The translations under genes were made by a program, and so were the position numbers. From Mytilus californianus (Eukaryota): DNA of 64,000 nt. Below the pieces are notes generated by a model. That model saw only the letters and a program-made list of their open reading frames with translations. It made no database searches and had not been told where the DNA came from. This document shows, one piece after another, positions 62,301-64,000 of the stretch. The stretch is from NCBI RefSeq assembly GCF_021869535.1, contig NW_026262701.1, forward strand, positions 35,340,001 through 35,404,000, written 5' to 3'. Numbering within the stretch: position 1 is the stretch's first letter; every line of letters begins with the position of its first letter.

Positions 62301-62662
62301 CAAAATCATTATTCTCTCCATCTATGAACGAATTTTAAAAAGAAAACATATGAGTTATTCAGTTATACAAACGTTCGTTTTTGAATATATTCTATGCTTT
62401 TTAGAAATTCAAGAGTCGTTGATGATTTATGTGAACTATACTTCTTTTTACGACCTATGGGAATGCGAAAGTGAAACAGAAATGACAATAGCATCAAAAA
62501 TAAGCAATGGATATAAAGAACTATCATGGTATATCTCATCATCTTGCCTTATGACAAACTATGAGATTCATAATTGTAATGAAAACGAACAGCGTACCAG
62601 GCGTGATATCAGCAATGTGAACATTGGATTTACGGTAACCCTTACCTGCAATACCACAAAAC
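53247..62662 (+). CDS. Run of internal exons of a modular SVEP1-like protein (SEA-like, linker, GCC x2, pentraxin/LamG, EGF x2, TSP1, sushi-like, SEA-like); no start or stop exon seen
   Basis: AG/GT-bounded exons that chain in phase; same module order as the minus-strand part. Confidence 0.8.
53878..54163 (+). CDS. SEA-like/linker exon
   Basis: VVCGDTSCKRSTGNLKVDVEIYF...IKCPENSIPVYCNTISC; cag/gtaagt. Confidence 0.8.
55105..55266 (+). CDS. GCC2/GCC3 exon 1
   Basis: 162 bp, PCPAGSYY...CIRCKRGSYQPNSGQRSCISCP. Confidence 0.9.
56083..56244 (+). CDS. GCC2/GCC3 exon 2
   Basis: 162 bp, ACVPGTWSTTGLPPCIECDIGYY...CSKCP. Confidence 0.9.
56815..57004 (+). CDS. First pentraxin/LamG exon (donor uncertain)
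   Basis: Long T-tract tag acceptor, DFDIGFPNMSDVSY...SSGTIF. Confidence 0.65.
57570..57720 (+). CDS. Pentraxin/LamG exon
   Basis: CQRWVYIEIHV...MYIDRKE...LNVTLG; cag/gtaaat. Confidence 0.75.
58156..58338 (+). CDS. Last pentraxin/LamG exon
   Basis: 183 bp, GSGFSGYISQFNI...VNWEDF...GQCD. Confidence 0.85.
59459..59689 (+). CDS. Double EGF (calcium-binding type) exon
   Basis: 231 bp, DVDDCMSYPCGNGTC...NINDC...CLCINGYKGELCE. Confidence 0.92.
60085..60965 (-). mobile_element. Degenerate Naiad-type PLE 3' fragment
   Basis: ISKLIQYSRACI motif and family 3' terminus AGAGGCGAAAGATACCAAAGGGAC. Confidence 0.75.
61189..61359 (+). CDS. TSP1 exon with mutated donor
   Basis: [28 protein letters not shown]...EPCP; 171 bp like the minus TSP1 exon, but followed by AT instead of GT. 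Confidence 0.85.
61917..62147 (+). CDS. Sushi/CCP-like exon
   Basis: LFC...CYHNCDDGYWF...YWCG...LWDF...RLPSCS; gtaagt donor; acceptor approximate. Confidence 0.8.
62405..62662 (+). CDS. SEA-like exon with furin-type RTRR site
   Basis: 258 bp, tag/gtaaga, CNENEQRTRRDIS. Confidence 0.8.
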
Positions 62663-64000
62663 GTAAGATTAAGATAGTTTATAATAATCCCTATGAAAGG
62701 CTGGGTGTATATAAACTTTTTAACAATTTTGGAAGCTTAAAATGAAAAGTGATTCAGATTTTTTCGTTCGTGTTTTGTTTTGTGGATCCATATTTTTCAT
62801 TCACGTTATAACGCATAGCTGGTTTAGTATTGTTAAGCTGTATGTTACTATAATGTTAATTCAAATGTAAACGAATTTTCAAATAAGATAGCACTTAATA
62901 ATTTTAACCGTTATTATATGTGGGTTCTATAATGTTCATGAAATTCAAATCTTTGTATGATCTTATCATGGACAAATGATTAAATAGAACAGAGGTTACT
63001 TTTTCCTATTATTACAAAAAACCAACCGGACATTTGAGTTTACTCCCGTTTTTCATTACGTTCGTATGTGTGAAGGACGATATTTGATAAATTAAGATAA
63101 TGATACAAAATGTGTGTCCTGCCAGTGATTGATTCTGTCAGTGTAAAAGTGCAATATTGATTGCCAAAAAATAAGTCCATAGTTCGGAAAATACGAAAAA
63201 TATATAAAAGCATTCCAACTTTTTTCTTCATATGTTTATTCTTGATAATGAAGATGTTTCTGTCCAAGTTTCGAAACATTGAATGAATATTTAACAAAAT
63301 TAATAATGTCTTTAAAAAATTATACCAGACTGAACATTTTTGTAAATATTAACTTGGGAAAAATAGTCCATCTATCAATAAAATACTGTAAAATGAAACT
63401 AAAAAAATACTGAAGTTGTTTCCCCTTAATCATTAACATTTTCTGTCACAGTTTTTTAAAATAATTTGTCGGTTTTACATAATTACTGATGTTTTAAAAA
63501 GATTTAACGAAGCATTATATCTTAATGTTCACTGCCAGACAAAAATTAACAGCATTTGTCTGTAAAATACAAAAAAAAATAATATATATATTTTCGAAAT
63601 TTTTTTCTGGATACTGACTTTGGACTGATAAGCTGCTGTCTTGTCTCAGTTTTATGAAATTCTATGAAGGTTTGACAAAGTAATTGATGTCTAAATATCT
63701 TTAACCCCAGGCTGAACCTAAATGTTGACAACGACGACGCAAACGCCAACGACGGAATTAGGATTGTTTTGTCAAGCTACAAAACATATACATCCAGGGG
63801 TTAATGTAGGATTTTCTGTGTCTCTTCTCATTATCAACATTCTCTCACAGTCAAAGATACAAAAAATAGGGGTGTAATCTGTAATTTTACCGATTGTCTC
63901 CGATTCCCGATTGCGATATTTTGACTGATTCTGGATTGGCATGGCTAGTTGATGATTATCCTGTCAACGCATCCGGTCTCGCTCCATTTGGAGTATATTC

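Noticed and set aside
63870-64000. GC-richer segment starting TGTAAT, possible LTR
   Set aside because: Cut by the window edge; no PBS or partner repeat visible.

Overview
AT-rich animal genomic DNA, most likely a bivalve of the Mytilus type (inferred from the repeat families, not proven). (i) 1-6957: 5' half of a minus-strand Ty3/Gypsy LTR retrotransposon whose single gag-pol ORF is split by a 4049-bp CACTA/EnSpm-type DNA transposon (892-4940, TA duplication) that carries a spliced accessory-gene remnant and a MITE. (ii) 7.5-10 kb and scattered: Penelope-like retroelement fragments with N-terminal GIY-YIG/CxC order (Naiad type), a 353-nt hammerhead-ribozyme repeat (retrozyme-like), a SINE, MITEs and a Helentron/HINE-like element holding a 166-bp tandem array. 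(iii) 10.7-25.6 kb: minus-strand array of 12 phase-1 Ig-domain exons (8 intact, 4 decayed) built by tandem duplication. (iv) 36.4-62.7 kb: a modular SVEP1-like extracellular/membrane protein locus (sushi-like, SEA-like, GCC2/GCC3, pentraxin/LamG, EGF, TSP1, TM) that is visibly rearranged: the 3' half is on the minus strand, another run of internal exons is on the plus strand facing away from it, and one single exon (43789-43944) is flipped inside a complex of two apparently identical inverted duplications (757 bp and 441 bp). All coordinates and translations were read by eye; no database searches were run.
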